Shown here: positions 1 through 19,134 of the stretch, one piece after another
Position numbering within the stretch: the first letter of the stretch is position 1
How the letters are laid out: every line of letters begins with the position of its first letter
Assembly: GCF_009914755.1 (NCBI RefSeq)
Contig: NC_060929.1
Direction: 5' to 3' (one strand)
Origin: the human T2T-CHM13v2.0 reference genome, Homo sapiens
DNA: 64,000 bases
Notes under the pieces: model-generated
What the model saw: only the letters and a program-made list of their open reading frames with translations
Databases searched by the model: none
Told to the model about the DNA's origin: nothing
Made by a program: the position numbers and the translations under genes

Positions 1-790
1 ACAGTTTCCAGGTCTCTGCCTTCTCCCAGTTCCTCAATATTGACAATCCAGATATCTACCTTATACAACCACATCCTGGTGATCAGTTTCCTATGAGACA
101 GCTAGATCAAACTTACTTGATTTGTCTCACTCACTTCCATATCCTGTGTGGACTGTGCAGATGTGCCTCAGGGATCACCTCTCAGTCACAGTGTGTCTCC
201 AAGGATCTCATACCTACTCGTTCAAAACCCAATTAAAATTCCCTGAGGAAAGCCTGCTTGGGTAATGCTTGGAACCCCAACAAAGGCTTCATCCAACAGA
301 CCCCTCTCTCTTTAACTTTCTCCCCACCTGCCTGTTGAGAGTGCATGTCCCAGAAAGCAGCCCCCCTTCCTGCTGGACCTGCAAGGTATGCCACCCAACT
401 TCTCTCTGGGAACTGTCAGTAATAAAACTGCTTCTGTTATTTTATGTGTTTTGTTGTCTTGCTTCCTCTGTGTTTTATCCGACCAACACACCTGAACCTA
501 ACTTCTTTCCAAGTTAGGGCTCTGTTAGAGAGTGACTATATGGGTAGAAATAAACTGGACACAGGTCAGGCAAAAGCCACGAAAGGGTCTTCCAGAATAA
601 ACAAGTTTTCTTTGAGAGGGACACCTAGTCAAAGGTTGACACTTAGGTATTAGACTGTTCTCCAGGATAGAGGTATCCCATGAAGGGCACACTCTAAACA
701 TACAAAACAATCTCCCTGAAGCCCTGTCGAGGTTATACTTTATATCCACTCTCAGGAGAGAAACCTCAAACTCAAATTAGAAATAAAAAA
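1..790 (+). mobile_element. Old ERVL-class LTR (MER74/MER73/MER54-like), 5' end outside window
   Basis: AATAAA at 421; 3' portion (gagagggacacc..gtatcccatgaagggcacact..gagagaaacctcaaactcaaattag) resembles the recalled 3' end of this LTR group. Family name tentative. Confidence 0.5.
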
Positions 791-799
791 TAGAGCAGA

Positions 800-1440
<641 letters not shown>

Positions 1441-1689
1441 TCCTGAATTCTGGTGTACAACTCAGTCCATCCTGCGTTATATTCAGCCAATTCCTAGATT
1501 TAGAAAAGCTTACAGATACAGATCAAAGAAATGGGTTGGAAATCAACAGAAAGCAAGTCAATGAAAAGGCTTATTTTGGATCTATGGAGAAAATGAAGGG
1601 AATGCCAAATGGGTAAGGTACTGAGTGTACAAACAGTCTATTTGCCTGGAAATTGAAGCAGATAGCACTTCAAAGTTTGGGTCAGTGAT

Positions 1690-3730
1690 ATAGGTAGTCG
1701 TGTGTGGCAAATAAACAGCTTTTTAGTCTCAATGGTATAATTGCTTTATACGATCTGTGAGTTTTATACTTTTAATGTGCGTTTAGGACAGGAAGTATCA
1801 TCCTTTCATTTCCATGTTTAGAACTCCTTTGAGCATTTCTTGTAGAACCAGGCCAGGGGAGATGAATTCCCTCAGCATTTGCTTGTCTGAGAAATACTTT
1901 ATTTCTACAAATATAAAGCTTGGTTTGTCAAGCTACAAAATTATTGACTGGAAGGTTTTTTGTTTGTCTGTTTGTTTTCTTTTTAGAGGACAAAATAGGA
2001 TCCTGGCTTGTAAGGTTTCTGCTATGAAGTGCACTGTTAATCTGATAAGATTTCATTTATAAGTTATTAGATGCTTCTCTTTTGCTGCTTTTAGAGCTTT
2101 TTCCTTCATATTGACTTTAGATAGTCTGATGACTATATTCCTTGATGAGGTTCATCTTGCAAAGTATCTCCCAGGTGTTCCTTGAGCTTCTTGTATCTGA
2201 ATATGTAACTCTGTAGCAAGACCAGGGAAGTACTTCAGAAATAGTCCCTCAAATAGGTTTTCTAAGCTTGTTACTTTTTTTTTTTTTCTCCCTCAGGAAT
2301 ACCTATAACTAGTAGGTTTGGTCACTTTACATAATTCCATATTTCTTCGAAGCTGTGTTCATTTCTTAGAATTCTTTTTTAGTTATTTCTGACTGGGTTA
2401 ATTCAAAAGGCCTATCTAAGCTCTGACACTCTTCTGTTTGGTCTGGTCTGCCTATTGTTAAAGCTTTTGACTATATTTTGTAATTCCTTCAATAAATTTT
2501 TCATGTCTAGTTCTGTTTTTTTTTAATCTATCTCTTTAGTAAATTTTTCATTCATATCCTGATTTGCTTTTTTTTTTTAATTTCTTTGTGTTGGTTTTCA
2601 ACTTTCCTTTGGATCTCATTGAGCTTCCTTACAATTCATATTTTACATTTTTTATCGGTCATTTCACAATTTTCATTTTGCTTAGAATCCATTGCTAGAG
2701 GGCTAGTGGGACCTTTTTGGGGTGTCTGCCACTCTGTCCCACTTCCTGCCTCACCCTTCATGCAAGTCCTGGCTGGTGGGCACACTGCCAGTAGGGTGCA
2801 GCCACCGCCCCCCATAACCTTGGACATGTTTTCCTAGGTGCATCCATCCCAAACCCCAGTGGAAACAGCTATGGCCATATGTGCAGCAGTGGGTCGGGCG
2901 TAGATAGAAGTTCCCGTATCCATGTCTGCTCCTGGGCACTGGTGCCACCTTTCTGTTGGTGTAGAACTGTACTCTTTTCCTGTAGAGCCCAGAACTGTAC
3001 CCATGTCTCTGCTGGGAGGGATGCATTTACCTTCTTCTCACAAGCGGAGAGATCTCTGGCAGAAGAGAGCGCACAATTTCGTTTCCTTTCTCCCAGAGGG
3101 TGCTTTGGTATGCTGCATGCTTCCCCTAGAGGCAGCCTATGCTGAGGGTTGAACTCTAGGAACATGCAGCACCCCAGGGTCCCACCAGCCCTTTGCAGTT
3201 GTCACAGTCTAAAATAATTCTGGGAAATATTTGTGGAAGATATAGTGATGCAAAGACATAAGGGCTGAGAATTCCTGGGCAGGATAGAGGCACACAATTG
3301 ATGCACAACCAGTATGGTGCCCTCTACCTCAGCTCAGGTGTTGGGGGAAAGTGAGTGAACTTATGCCAGCTGGCCACCCAGCATTCTGCCCTCAAGAAGT
3401 TCCCAAATTGCCACCCACAACAATACTTGGGCTAGCAAAGAAAGAGGTGCTATCAAATAGTTTGGCAGTCAGCAGTCTCCTGAAGGAGTTAGGAGAGCAA
3501 AATACACCCCCACCTGCCCTTTCTACTGGACTCTGAGTTCCACAGGGGTCAATCACTGCTAAACTCTTGCTTCCTTCTTTTTCTGCACCCCAGATTCTTC
3601 CCATGCATTCTCGGATAGGTTCTGGCACTGTTCCTTCAGTATTTCACTCAGACCATGATTATTCACTTGCAATTTTGGTTCTTCTCTCTGTAGACAACTG
3701 GCATCCAATGTCTCTAGTTAGACATCTTGG
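1690..3730 (-). mobile_element. Old L1 (L1PB/L1M-type) 5'UTR plus degenerate ORF1
   Basis: 1800-2700 reads as antisense L1 ORF1 (gatgaattccctcagcatttgcttgtctgag); 2720-3730 is GC-richer UTR ending in the reverse complement of ccaagatgtctaactagagac, an L1 5' terminus with YY1-like site. Confidence 0.8.
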
Positions 3731-4629
3731 ATTAAAACAACAGCAAAAACAAAAATAACAGAAACAGCTTTTGTTAAAAGACGGGCTTTCCCACATCAGA
3801 TCATATCAAAGGATCCAATACTGGTTCTAGTGGTAAATTCAATAAAGTTGGAATAATTGCCTTATCATAGTAATTCTAGTGTTTGTTTACATCACTCTTG
3901 AAAAGCTGATTGTCTTTGAATATCACTATGGGCTCCATAGCAACTTGAGAAGACAAAAGAATAATCAGGGAGCATCAACCTCAATTGTCACATTGAACCT
4001 TCAGAATGTGTTCAGCATCAGAGGTGACGGTGAAGCAGTTCTCTCCTTCTCAAGTTCTGTCAGCCTGTAAGCACCACATCAGATACCAAAGTGTTTTCTG
4101 TCAAATTGAGGTGATCGTCCAGCAAGATTTCAGTGAACATAAATAAAGAACACTGTTGGAGAACAATGGTTTTTTGACTATTTTTTCTTGTCCCTCTTAA
4201 TAAAAAAGGTAGCTGAAAGAATGTGTACTTCAGGGAGATTTTTATAATTCTGCTGAAAAGACAAGGGAATCAGATTAAATATATGTCTATATAAGACAGA
4301 TGTTCAACAAAAATTAGGTGACTGACTAAAGGCTCTTTTCTCTTAGTGTTTATTCAGAGGATTGACATGTCAGTTCTCACCAATCAAACAGGGTTTAAAG
4401 CATAGAAGTCCCTTTCAGCTGTGTTTCTTCCTTCCAGTCCCTCCGTTTCTTCCCAGTTTTCCAGTCTCCGAATTACTCTGATCAGAGGCCTGCTAGCAGC
4501 TTTTTGGGATTCCTTGTAGAGATAGGCTGTACTATTCTATTATACTATATAGGCATATATTCATATTTATCGCTCTTATTTTCACTTCACAAAATAGCTT
4601 AAAGTTTGTCGAATATCAGTTTGTAGTGA

Positions 4630-5282
<653 letters not shown>

Positions 5283-7299
5283 GCGATGAATGTTTTTAAG
5301 CTCATTTCTTCATGAATATGCGTGATTGCACCTACAGTGTATGTTTTAAGAAGTACATTTTCTGAGTCAAGGAATATGTCCATCGAAATGATGATAAGTG
5401 AATGTGAGAGTGCTTTACAAGGAAGTAGAGCTAGTTACACTCCTGCTAACATGTATGAGAGTTTCACTTGCCTCACTGTTTTGAAATATTCAAAACTCTC
5501 ATCTATAATCCTATCCTTCCTGCTAACTCCTCTGTTGGATACAACAGAGCTATTGATTTTTTTAAAAATGGAATGAGTCAGGAAACAGCTTCACCTAAAT
5601 CTCCATCAACAGTATTTTCAATATAGGTTTTTCCTATGCATTGTAACAATAGCATTTTCATTGTTGTCAGTTTCCTGCTCAAATCTAAGTGTTTGGACAT
5701 TATGGCCATACCAGCTGAGTTATACTATCCAAACAATAAAGGGATTGATTTTTTTCTCAGTGGCCTGCTCCTGACTACAATGGTGAATATTTTCCTTGCC
5801 AAAATACATGACGGGTTAGATGTGCTTTCTCATACATGGTCAGCCACAGCTCCACAAAATAACAGAGAACAGAAATTTTTATTCATCATTACCAAAGTAT
5901 GCTTATACAGAGAAATGAATAAAAATGTATACCGATTTATGAGCATCCTATAAAGTCTACAGTTACTGCTATATCTTTCCTGATAAAGATTTGTATCTGA
6001 GGAAGCTAAAAGTATATACAGTACACTTTTAAAATAATCTCTTATAGCATTCAAATCAGTATTTGCCACACTACCCCCAAGAAATCAAGCTAGTATCAGA
6101 GCCAAAACACATTGTTAAACAGCATTGTCCATTACTTGAATAATTTGAAGATTGATGTCTAGAGAAATGTTGAAAATAAATTGCTTTAAAGGACTATCTG
6201 GAAAACCCAAAAGGCAAACTTAGAAGTTGGTTTTGTATCTTTGTATATCGAACAATTTTTTTTTAGTTTTATTTTTAAATGTCCAGATCCTGTCAAATGA
6301 ACAAACTCATGCAAAATGTCAGATCTAGTAATTAAAAACTTGAACAGACAGAATCTATGAGGAGTAATCATAAAACCCACCATCCCTTTAAATATCATGA
6401 AGCTCAATTTCTGGTTAAATTTACTAATTAAAACTGGTTTTTCCTCTTTTTGTGAATTGTAATCGTGCAGTTTAAAACTTTTCTGATCATTCCTGAGTAA
6501 AACAAAGTATCAATCCAAAAATTAAAATTTCTAAGCATGAGTGATAGTTAAATCTTCAAACATATTTGAAATTGAGGACACACCTTTCCCCCATATGCAA
6601 GAAGACCGAAGGTTGAGAAATGGATATGACTGGCTTCTTCTCTCATCTTGGTCCATTGTTAGGAAGATTCTATACCAGCTTTCTTTCTCAATGTGTTGCC
6701 AGGAAACATACTAATTATTTGGCCAAACCGTGGAGAAAAACTGATTGAAATGCTCTGTTAAAGTAGCTAGGCTGCCTATGGCATGCCCTTTAGAATTTCC
6801 AAGAAGTTTGGTTCTCAGATGCAGTTGGGTTCTCAAAATGTAGGGGCCGTAAAACTTGAAAAAAAAAAAAAAAACTCTGATTATTTGAATGATGAATTAA
6901 CTTTACAACTCACTGATTAATTAAACAAGTTAACAGAAATATCTACTCCGTTTTCAGTTACAGAGTTTAGAGCCATTTTCTTTTAAGTCATCATTGAATA
7001 ATATTAAATCCCCTCTTCCTTTCTTATCTACCATGGTAAATATTAAGTGGATGCATGTATTTCTCCCATTCCCCTCTTTAGGAGTTAACTTAAAGTGTGG
7101 GTTAAAAAGGGATGAGTTCTTTTAATATTCCCATAATGCCACTTAGAAAGATAATTTCCTGGTGTCCAAAACTGGCTTAGATGTTAATAAAAAAGCAGAA
7201 CCACTCTGATTGCCAATTAAATTATAGTTTATCTTTATTAAGTAGAAAACAAAATAGATGTACTATAATAGTAAATTGAGGTGTTTGTGTCAACTGAAG

Positions 7300-7932
7300 G
7301 CTTACTTAAAAGACAATTAAATTATCCTAAAGGAGAAATTTTTCCAAATTCCGTACAAATGAGTATAATCTTGATAAAAAAACCTGACTATAACTTTACC
7401 AAAAAAAAATCAGAGCACTTTTATATTTGGTATAAGAAAATTCTTAATGTAATATTAATATACAGCTTATTAAAATGACAGCCCTCATAATAAGTTTTTT
7501 TTCAGGAACTTAAGAATGTTTTAATATTAGTTATCACTATTAATATAATATAAAATATTAATATTTATAAAAAATATATGATCTCTATAGAAACTAAAAA
7601 TTCAGCAAAATTTTGGATAAAAATAAAAAAGAATATATATATGTATATACATAAAATATTTTACTTTATAAAATAGAGTATTCTCAGGCCCAAAGCCATC
7701 ATCATGTTTTATGGGAAAATATTAAAGGCATTTCTATTAACGTAAAAAATGAATGACAAATGCCTACTCTCATTGCTGTTATTAAATATTGTATTTAATA
7801 CAAGTCAACTCAAAAGAGAAAAACTTTGTAGAAAAAAAAGTAAGATGATTTACATGTGAATGACACAATTGTATGCCCGGAAGTCCCAAGAGAATCAGCT
7901 AAAACACTAATCCCAAAATAAAATGATGTTAT
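7300..7932 (+). mobile_element. Ancient L1 (L1ME/L1M5-like) ORF2 fragment, left of the young L1 insertion
   Basis: Degenerate RT-region matches (aaagccatcatcatgttt..aaaggcatttctattaa..tgcctactctcattgctgttattaaatattgt..tgaatgacacaattgtat). Confidence 0.6.
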
Positions 7933-8310
7933 AAGACTTTGTTAGGGGAGGAGCCAAGATGGCCGAATAGGAACAGCTCCCGTCTACAGCTCCCAGCATG
8001 AGCGACGCAGAAGACGGGTGATTTCTGCATTTCTATCTGAGCTTTGAAGAAAGCAGTGGTTCTCCCAGTACGCAGCTGGAGATCTGAGAACGGGCAGACT
8101 GCCTCCTCATGTGACCCCCGAGCAGCCTAACTGGGAAGTACCCCCCAGGAGGGGCACACTGACACCTCACTTGACAGGGTACTCCAACAGACCTGCAGCT
8201 GAGGGTCCTGTCTGTTAGAAGGAAAACTAACAAACAGAAAGGACATCCACACCAAAAACCCATCTGTACATCACCATCATCAAAGACCAAAAGTAGATAA
8301 AACCACAAAG

Positions 8311-9327
8311 ATGGGGAAAAAACAGAACAGAAAAACTGGAAACTCTAAAAAGCAGAGCGCCTGTCCTCCTCCAAAGGAACGCAGTTCCTCACCAGCAACA
8401 GAACAAAGCCGGTCGGAGAACGACTTTGACGAGCTGAGAGAAGAAGGCTTCAGACGATCAAATTACTCTGAGCTACGGGAGGACATTCAAACCACAGGCA
8501 AAGAAGTTGAAAACTTTGAAAAAAATTTAGAAGAATGTATAACTAGAATAACCAATACAGAGAAGTGCTTAAAGGAGCTGATGGAGCTGAAAACCAAGGC
8601 TTGAGAACTATGTGAAGAATGCAGAAGCCTCAGGAGCCGATGCGATCAACTGGAAGAAAAGGTATCAGCAATGGAAAATGAAATGAATGAAATGAAATGA
8701 GAAGGGAAGTTTAGAGAAAAAAGAATAAAAAGAAATGAGCAAACCCTCCAAGAAATATGGGACTATGTGAAAAGACCAAATCTACGTCTGATTGGTGTGC
8801 CTGAAAGTGATGGGGAGAATGGAACCAAGTTGGAAAACACTCCGCAGGATATTATCCAGGAGAACTTCCCCAATCTAGCAAGGCAGGCCAATGTTCAGAT
8901 TCAGGAAATACAGAGAACGCCACAAAGATACTCCTCGAGAAGGGCAACTCCAACACACATAATTGTCAGATTCACCAAAGTTGAAATGAAGGAAAAAATG
9001 TTAAGGGCAGCCAGAGAGAAAGGTCGGGTTACCCTCAAAGGGAAGCCCATCAGACTAACAGTGGATCTCTCGGCAGAAACCCTACAAGCCAGAAGAGAGT
9101 GGGGGCCAACATTCAACATTCTTAAAGAAAAGAATTTTCAACCCAGAATTTCATATCCAGCCAAACTAAGCTTCATAAGTGAAGGGGAAATAAAATACTT
9201 TACAGACAAGCAAATGCTGAGAGATTTTGTCACCACCAGGCCTGCCCTAAAAGAGCTCCTGAAGGAAGCGCTAAACATGGAAAGGAACAACTGGTACCAG
9301 CCGCTGCAAAATCATGCCAAAATGTAA
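8311..9327 (+). pseudogene. L1 ORF1p, disrupted
   Basis: MGKKQNRKTGNSK...PLQNHAKM; in-frame TGA at 8602-8604 and 8698-8700, consistent with CGA>TGA decay. Confidence 0.95.
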
Positions 9328-9390
9328 AGACCATCGAGACTAGGAAGAAACTGCATCAACTAACGAGCAAAATCACCAGCTAACATCATC

Positions 9391-13214
<3,824 letters not shown>

Positions 13215-14117
13215 ACAATGAGATCACATGGACACAGGAAGGGGAACATCACACTCTGGGGACTGTTGTGGGGTGGGGGGAGGGGGGAGGGATAGCATTG
13301 GGAGATATACCTAATGCTAGATGACGAGTTAGTGGGTGCAGCGCACCAGCATGGCACATGTATACATATGTAACTAACCTGCACAATGTGCACATGTACC
13401 TTAAAACTTAAAGTATAATAATAAAAGAAAAAAAGACTTTGTTATGTAAAATTACTGTATATAAATTAATAATTTCCACATACAATATACTGCAAGAAAT
13501 TTCCAACTTAAAATATTAATGACATATTTAGGAGTGTGTACAACATGAAGAATTCTCACTAAAACAAAAGAAATCTTGAAAAAAACAAGACGTTCTTGAA
13601 AAGAAAGACATATTAAAATAGATCATAATTATTTTTTAGGTAATTCATAAATTTAATATGATACCCATGAAAATACCAAACACTAGTTGGCTGTTTATTT
13701 ATTTTACTAAACAAACTAATTCTAAATTTTATGTGAAAAAACAACTAAGAAAATTAGAGAAATTTTTGAAAAATAATGTATACATCCTAATTGTTTCATG
13801 TAATAAAACATTATAAATTTCTAATAATTAGATAAGTATAGTGTTAAGACATAAGCTTTCAGGGAGGACAATAGAAGAAAATAAAAATCATAAATAGGCC
13901 CAATCACATATGAGAATGTAGTAAGTGATTAACATAGCATCTCAGCTCAGTAGGAAAATATGTTATTTATTATATCAGACTCTGACAAAGGGACAGACAT
14001 CTGAGCAAGAAAATAGGATTAATATAAATCTGACACCTTACAATGAGGTAAATTAAAAATGAGTCAAAGATTTAATCTAATCAGGAAATCCTTTCTAATG
14101 ATTTAAGTCCAGCAGCA

Positions 14118-14180
14118 TATACATATATATATTTGTGTTTGTGTGTATATATATATATATGTAGAGAGACAGAGAGAGAA
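14118..14180. repeat. Compound (TA)n/(TG)n/(GA)n microsatellite
   Basis: Seen directly. Confidence 0.85.
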
Positions 14181-14834
14181 ATAGCACATTTTTTAAAAGT
14201 TTGCATTAACAAAAATTTATAGGCAGATTCAAAGCATAATGATAAACTGAGGACAAGACAATACTCCCAATTTCTGTCAAATACAAAGTTCTATTCTCTC
14301 TAATATATAAGAATTACAAATATATAACAAGATGGTTAGTAAGAATGAAAAATAAATTTTAATTTTGACTAGGAAGTTCACAGCAAAAGAGAAAAATGGC
14401 TCTTAAACATACGATAAGCTAGTTAACCTCAATTCTAATAAGAAAACGGCCTATTAAAACAGTGCCTAAATATCCTTTTTTAGAAACTATGATTAGAAAA
14501 TCCTAATATGTGTCAATTATGTACCTGTGGAGAAACAGGATACTCTCATACATTATCAGTACAACCTCTATAGATTACAAAAGTGCAAATGCATATACGT
14601 TTAACCCAGATATCCTACTTCTAGAATTTTTTCTAGATATATCCATGTAAGTACCTAACGATAAACTGTACAGTGGTTTTTATGGTCAACCATATGCATT
14701 AGCAAAAAGTTGGAGATAACATAAATGCTCAGTACATGCACGCTAGCAAAAGTTATGTACATATCTGTATAAAACAAAGTGGAAGCTCTCTGTGTATTAG
14801 TAGGGAACAATCTATCAGACATAGCAAAAAAAAG

Positions 14835-14983
14835 CAAAAGTTATAGTTATTATATAATTCAAAAATTATAGTTAGTGAAAAAAGTAAGAGTGCACCACAT
14901 TTTTAAAAAAATCAAAAGTTATAGTTATTATATAATTCAAAACTTATAGTTAGTGAAAAAAGTAAGAGTGCACGACATTTTAA
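14835..14983. repeat. 78-bp tandem duplication (2 copies)
   Basis: caaaagttatagttattatataattcaaaa(a/c)ttatagttagtgaaaaaagtaagagtgcac(c/g)acatttt at 14835 and 14913. Confidence 0.95.
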
Positions 14984-15119
14984 TCACTAGCCACTGTTTG
15001 TGTAAGAGTGGTAAAACAAAATATATATTTATATTTGCTTTGATATAAAGGCACTCTAGGAAAATACCTAAGACATTAGCAACAATAGTATCTATAGTTG
15101 AGCATGGAGGGGAATCTAG

Positions 15120-15480
<361 letters not shown>

Positions 15481-15659
15481 TATTGTTAAGTGTTTTTATA
15501 TTTACTCCATGGGAACATCTTACCTATTAAAATAATCTATATTTTATATATATAGTGAATGGTTACTTCAAATGAGAGTCATGAATTGGCATATCTTTGT
15601 ATTTCCTTAAAGAATCTGGTATGACAAAATTTCTATGGGTCACTCTTTGGAAAATGCTA

Positions 15660-15815
15660 GCTAGCATAGGAACAAGAAGGCTATAGTTTAAGAAGTATTG
15701 TGTCAATTAATTCAAACAAGTCATTTTACCTTCAGGACCTCAGTTTTCTTCTCTATACCTAAAGGGGTAATAAAAGAGGAGTTTCCAAGAATTCATCCAG
15801 GTTTTAAATTCTGTA
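15660..15815 (+). mobile_element. MIR fragment
   Basis: caagtcattttaccttcaggacctcagttttcttctctat MIR core. Confidence 0.55.
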
Positions 15816-17699
15816 AGTACAGCAGAGTACGAATAATTAAATCTTTACTCTTTCTAAGCATCAGCTTTCACAACATGGAATCCACTTAGTTACAAAAATG
15901 CAGGAGATAGAGAGTGGCCTCTAATTCCAGGACATCCCACCACAATTTTTATGTAAAATTCCATGATACCAATCTATATTGATGTAATTTTTCCACATAA
16001 AAGCTGTCAAAAACATTTAATATTAAAATCTTTTTATTTTTACTCTTTTAATCAAAGTGTATAACTCCGCTGAGAATACATAAAGTAGTGATGAGAGAAA
16101 AATGAATTTACCTGTCAGGAGCCTGTGTATTGATAAAATTCAGTATTTTTTATTCATATGTAATTTTTCATAATTTATGTTGCTCTCTTTGTTCTATCAG
16201 CTATTTTTGTTTTTTCTCTATTTTATTTCATTGGCCTAATGAATTAGGTAATATTGCGGGCTGGTGATAACTCATTGATTCCTCATCTACCCTTGGGTGT
16301 GTTCAACATGCAGTAACATTCATTCTCCCCCATAATGAGTTTTAAAAGGCAGTGATTCTGGAATAATTTCATTTACATCCTGAAAATGCAACCGAGGGTA
16401 TGTAACAATAAGAGTTCTAATAAGATGAGAAGTTTAGTGTGCTGTTCACATTTGCCCCCTTTGCTACTTAAATCCAGAATTCTTCAGACCAGTGAATCAG
16501 AACAAGGAAACAAACTGAGAAGTAAACAGATGCCTGTCAGAACTGTCATGTTGTTTTCATGAGTATGATCTTGTTAGAAAGTTTGAATGAAATACACGGA
16601 AAAAAATGATAAATCTGACAAATCAGTCAATTCACAAATTCAAGAATGTACATGTTGATTATATAGCCACTTTTGCAGTTTTAATATATCTCAAGATTTT
16701 AGAAATCATGTTTTTTAAACAGAAAAAAAATCCCCAATGATTACTTAATGATTACTTATAAACAGTCTTTTAGTAACATACATTTAAGCATCACTATTCC
16801 TTTGGGCCAATGCAAGGCTATAGTAAGAATCTGAGATTTGAATGTCACTGATACTTGTTTTTATTTTTTGTATCATATCTACCATTTAGTAACCAAATAT
16901 TTGACATTAGGGATTTTTAATTTTGTTCTGGTTCTTAATTTTAATTTTTGGTACAAAATAGATAATACTACTATATACCAAATAATATTATACAAATTAT
17001 TAAATAATATAATACAATTTAAATAACATAGTGTTCTTGGCACATTATATACTGCATAAAAGGTAGTTATTACTATTTTTTATATTTTATTAAGTTATAA
17101 CTGAATCAGCCTCCATCCTGATAAAATTATACATAAAGTGTCTAAAGTACTTAAAAATAATACGTAGCCAATGTTATTTCTTCTCTCTTTAAGAATGTTA
17201 AAAGGTACCAACTGCTATTTCTGGCCCACCTATATTTTTTTCTTTGCATTAAAAAAATGTATTGATAAAATGCGAGATTAAATTTTTTATTCTACAAAAG
17301 TTGAAATTAGACAGTCTACTCTAGCTGGGAAAGTACTGCAGGGCCGTCATTGTGGTGGATTGTATTTGCTGCTGTGTCAATCATAGGTGGCAGGCACCAC
17401 CTGGTTCCCTAGTCATCTGACAGAATTAATGAATCCATTCAATTGCTTCACTTACTACCCAGTGGTGTTTTAGACTCCATGGAAAGAATTCAATTGAGTG
17501 GTATCCTTCAGAGTTTCGATAACATGTCTTAAAGTCAGGGTTTTCAAAGTGTGATTCATGAGTCACCTGCTTCAGAATAATCAATTGCTTTTTAGAATTT
17601 GTTTTAGAAATCACATTCAGAATTTAATTTTATCTTTAAAATAAATCTTTGATATGGAAACTTAGTAATTATGAAAGTGTTAATATTATTTCTAATAAA

Positions 17700-17900
17700 A
17701 TATTAGAGGAAAGTTTCTGTGTAATTACTATGCTCCAAGTTTTGTACCAAACCATTTCCACAATTATTTATTCCTCAAAAAGAGAAAAAAACTATAAAGT
17801 AGACATATATTCTACCTATTAGATAAAGAAACTTAGACTAGAGAGAAACATGATTTCCTCAAGGTTACACAGAGAATTGATTAACTGAGCTGGACTAGAA
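17700..17900 (-). mobile_element. MIR fragment
   Basis: agataaagaaacttagactagagagaaacatgatttcctcaaggttacaca antisense MIR core. Confidence 0.55.
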
Positions 17901-17919
17901 AATTTCATTGCTTATAAAG

Positions 17920-18010
17920 TCACATTTACTGAGCTCCATTTGTGTGCCAAGGCTTGTATTTGGCTCCAGGAAAAGGAAACTAAATAAGATAAAGCCTTCA
18001 ATCCACAAGG
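17920..18010 (-). mobile_element. L2 3' fragment
   Basis: catttactgagctccatttgtgtgccaaggc. Confidence 0.5.
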
Positions 18011-19134
18011 TAGTGTTTCTCCCATCTTCTTTGACAGAACAGGGCAGGGTCAGGCCAAAGGAGCAATGAAACCCAGAACAACATGGATACAGTACAATTT
18101 TTGGAAGGTATGTGGGTTGCTCGGACTACATTTGAAGTATTTAGTAATTTGTGCATTAAATATATAATCAGTTTATATTTGTAACAGCAATAACGGTCAG
18201 TTGTAACCCCAAACTAGAACTGAATCTAATGATAGATGGTTGATAAAGAGTTGCTGAAGGATAGAATGAATGAATAGTCTGCTCTACATTGAGCCCATGC
18301 TGAGATTTCTGAAACCTTACGAGCTAAACTCTTTTAAGTTTTGGCTTAGGTTGCAGAGTAATCTAATGCCATTTCTTCAATGATACAATCACTTTACCAG
18401 ATCCTTGGCCTCGCCTCCTGCAAGTGTGTCTTCCTGATGACTGATCTAAATGGCCCCCTCTGCAAAGTTGAAGAGTTTTCCCAAAAAGTTTCTTTTTTTT
18501 TAGTCTATTTCCTCTGCTTTGCATGAAATATACACTACCATTTCTACAATTATTGAGCCTCTACTTCGTTTAAGGCTCATGGTGGGCTCTGGTAAGCAAA
18601 ATAGTCATAGACTCAGAACTTGACTGGTCTCATATTCTAATGAGAAAAGTAGGTATGTGTTGGGAAAGGAAATATTCAGGCTTGTCATATGGTAAAATAT
18701 AATAAACCAAATTAAAATGATCAGAAAATCTAGAAACAAACTGGATTTAAGTAGCAAAGGGGGCAAATGTGAACACCACACTTCTAGAACATCTAAAAAC
18801 AAAGTGTCCTTTAAGTGATGATAAAACAAATTAGTCCACCCACATTAATCCAATTATATTGTTATTCATTATTCTATCTTTGAGTTGTTTTTTTAAAATA
18901 CAACAGATTTTACTGTGCCAATAAAAGTTATGTATAGTAAGTTAATCAGGGGAAATGTACACCCCCTTCTGCCTACTTCTGACTATTTCTGCTGCCAAAT
19001 GCTAAAAGATCCATATTCTTAAAGAAAGTTGAAAAACTCTGGCATTTATCTCTATAAACTTCCATTCATAAATAATTCTAGGGACAAAATGAAACTGAAA
19101 AATGATGACAATAGCAATATGCTGGTTATGTGTT

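Noticed and set aside
8033-8308. Antisense 91-aa ORF as L1 ORF0
   Set aside because: ORF0 lies in the part of the 5'UTR that is spliced out here; this is incidental antisense UTR sequence.
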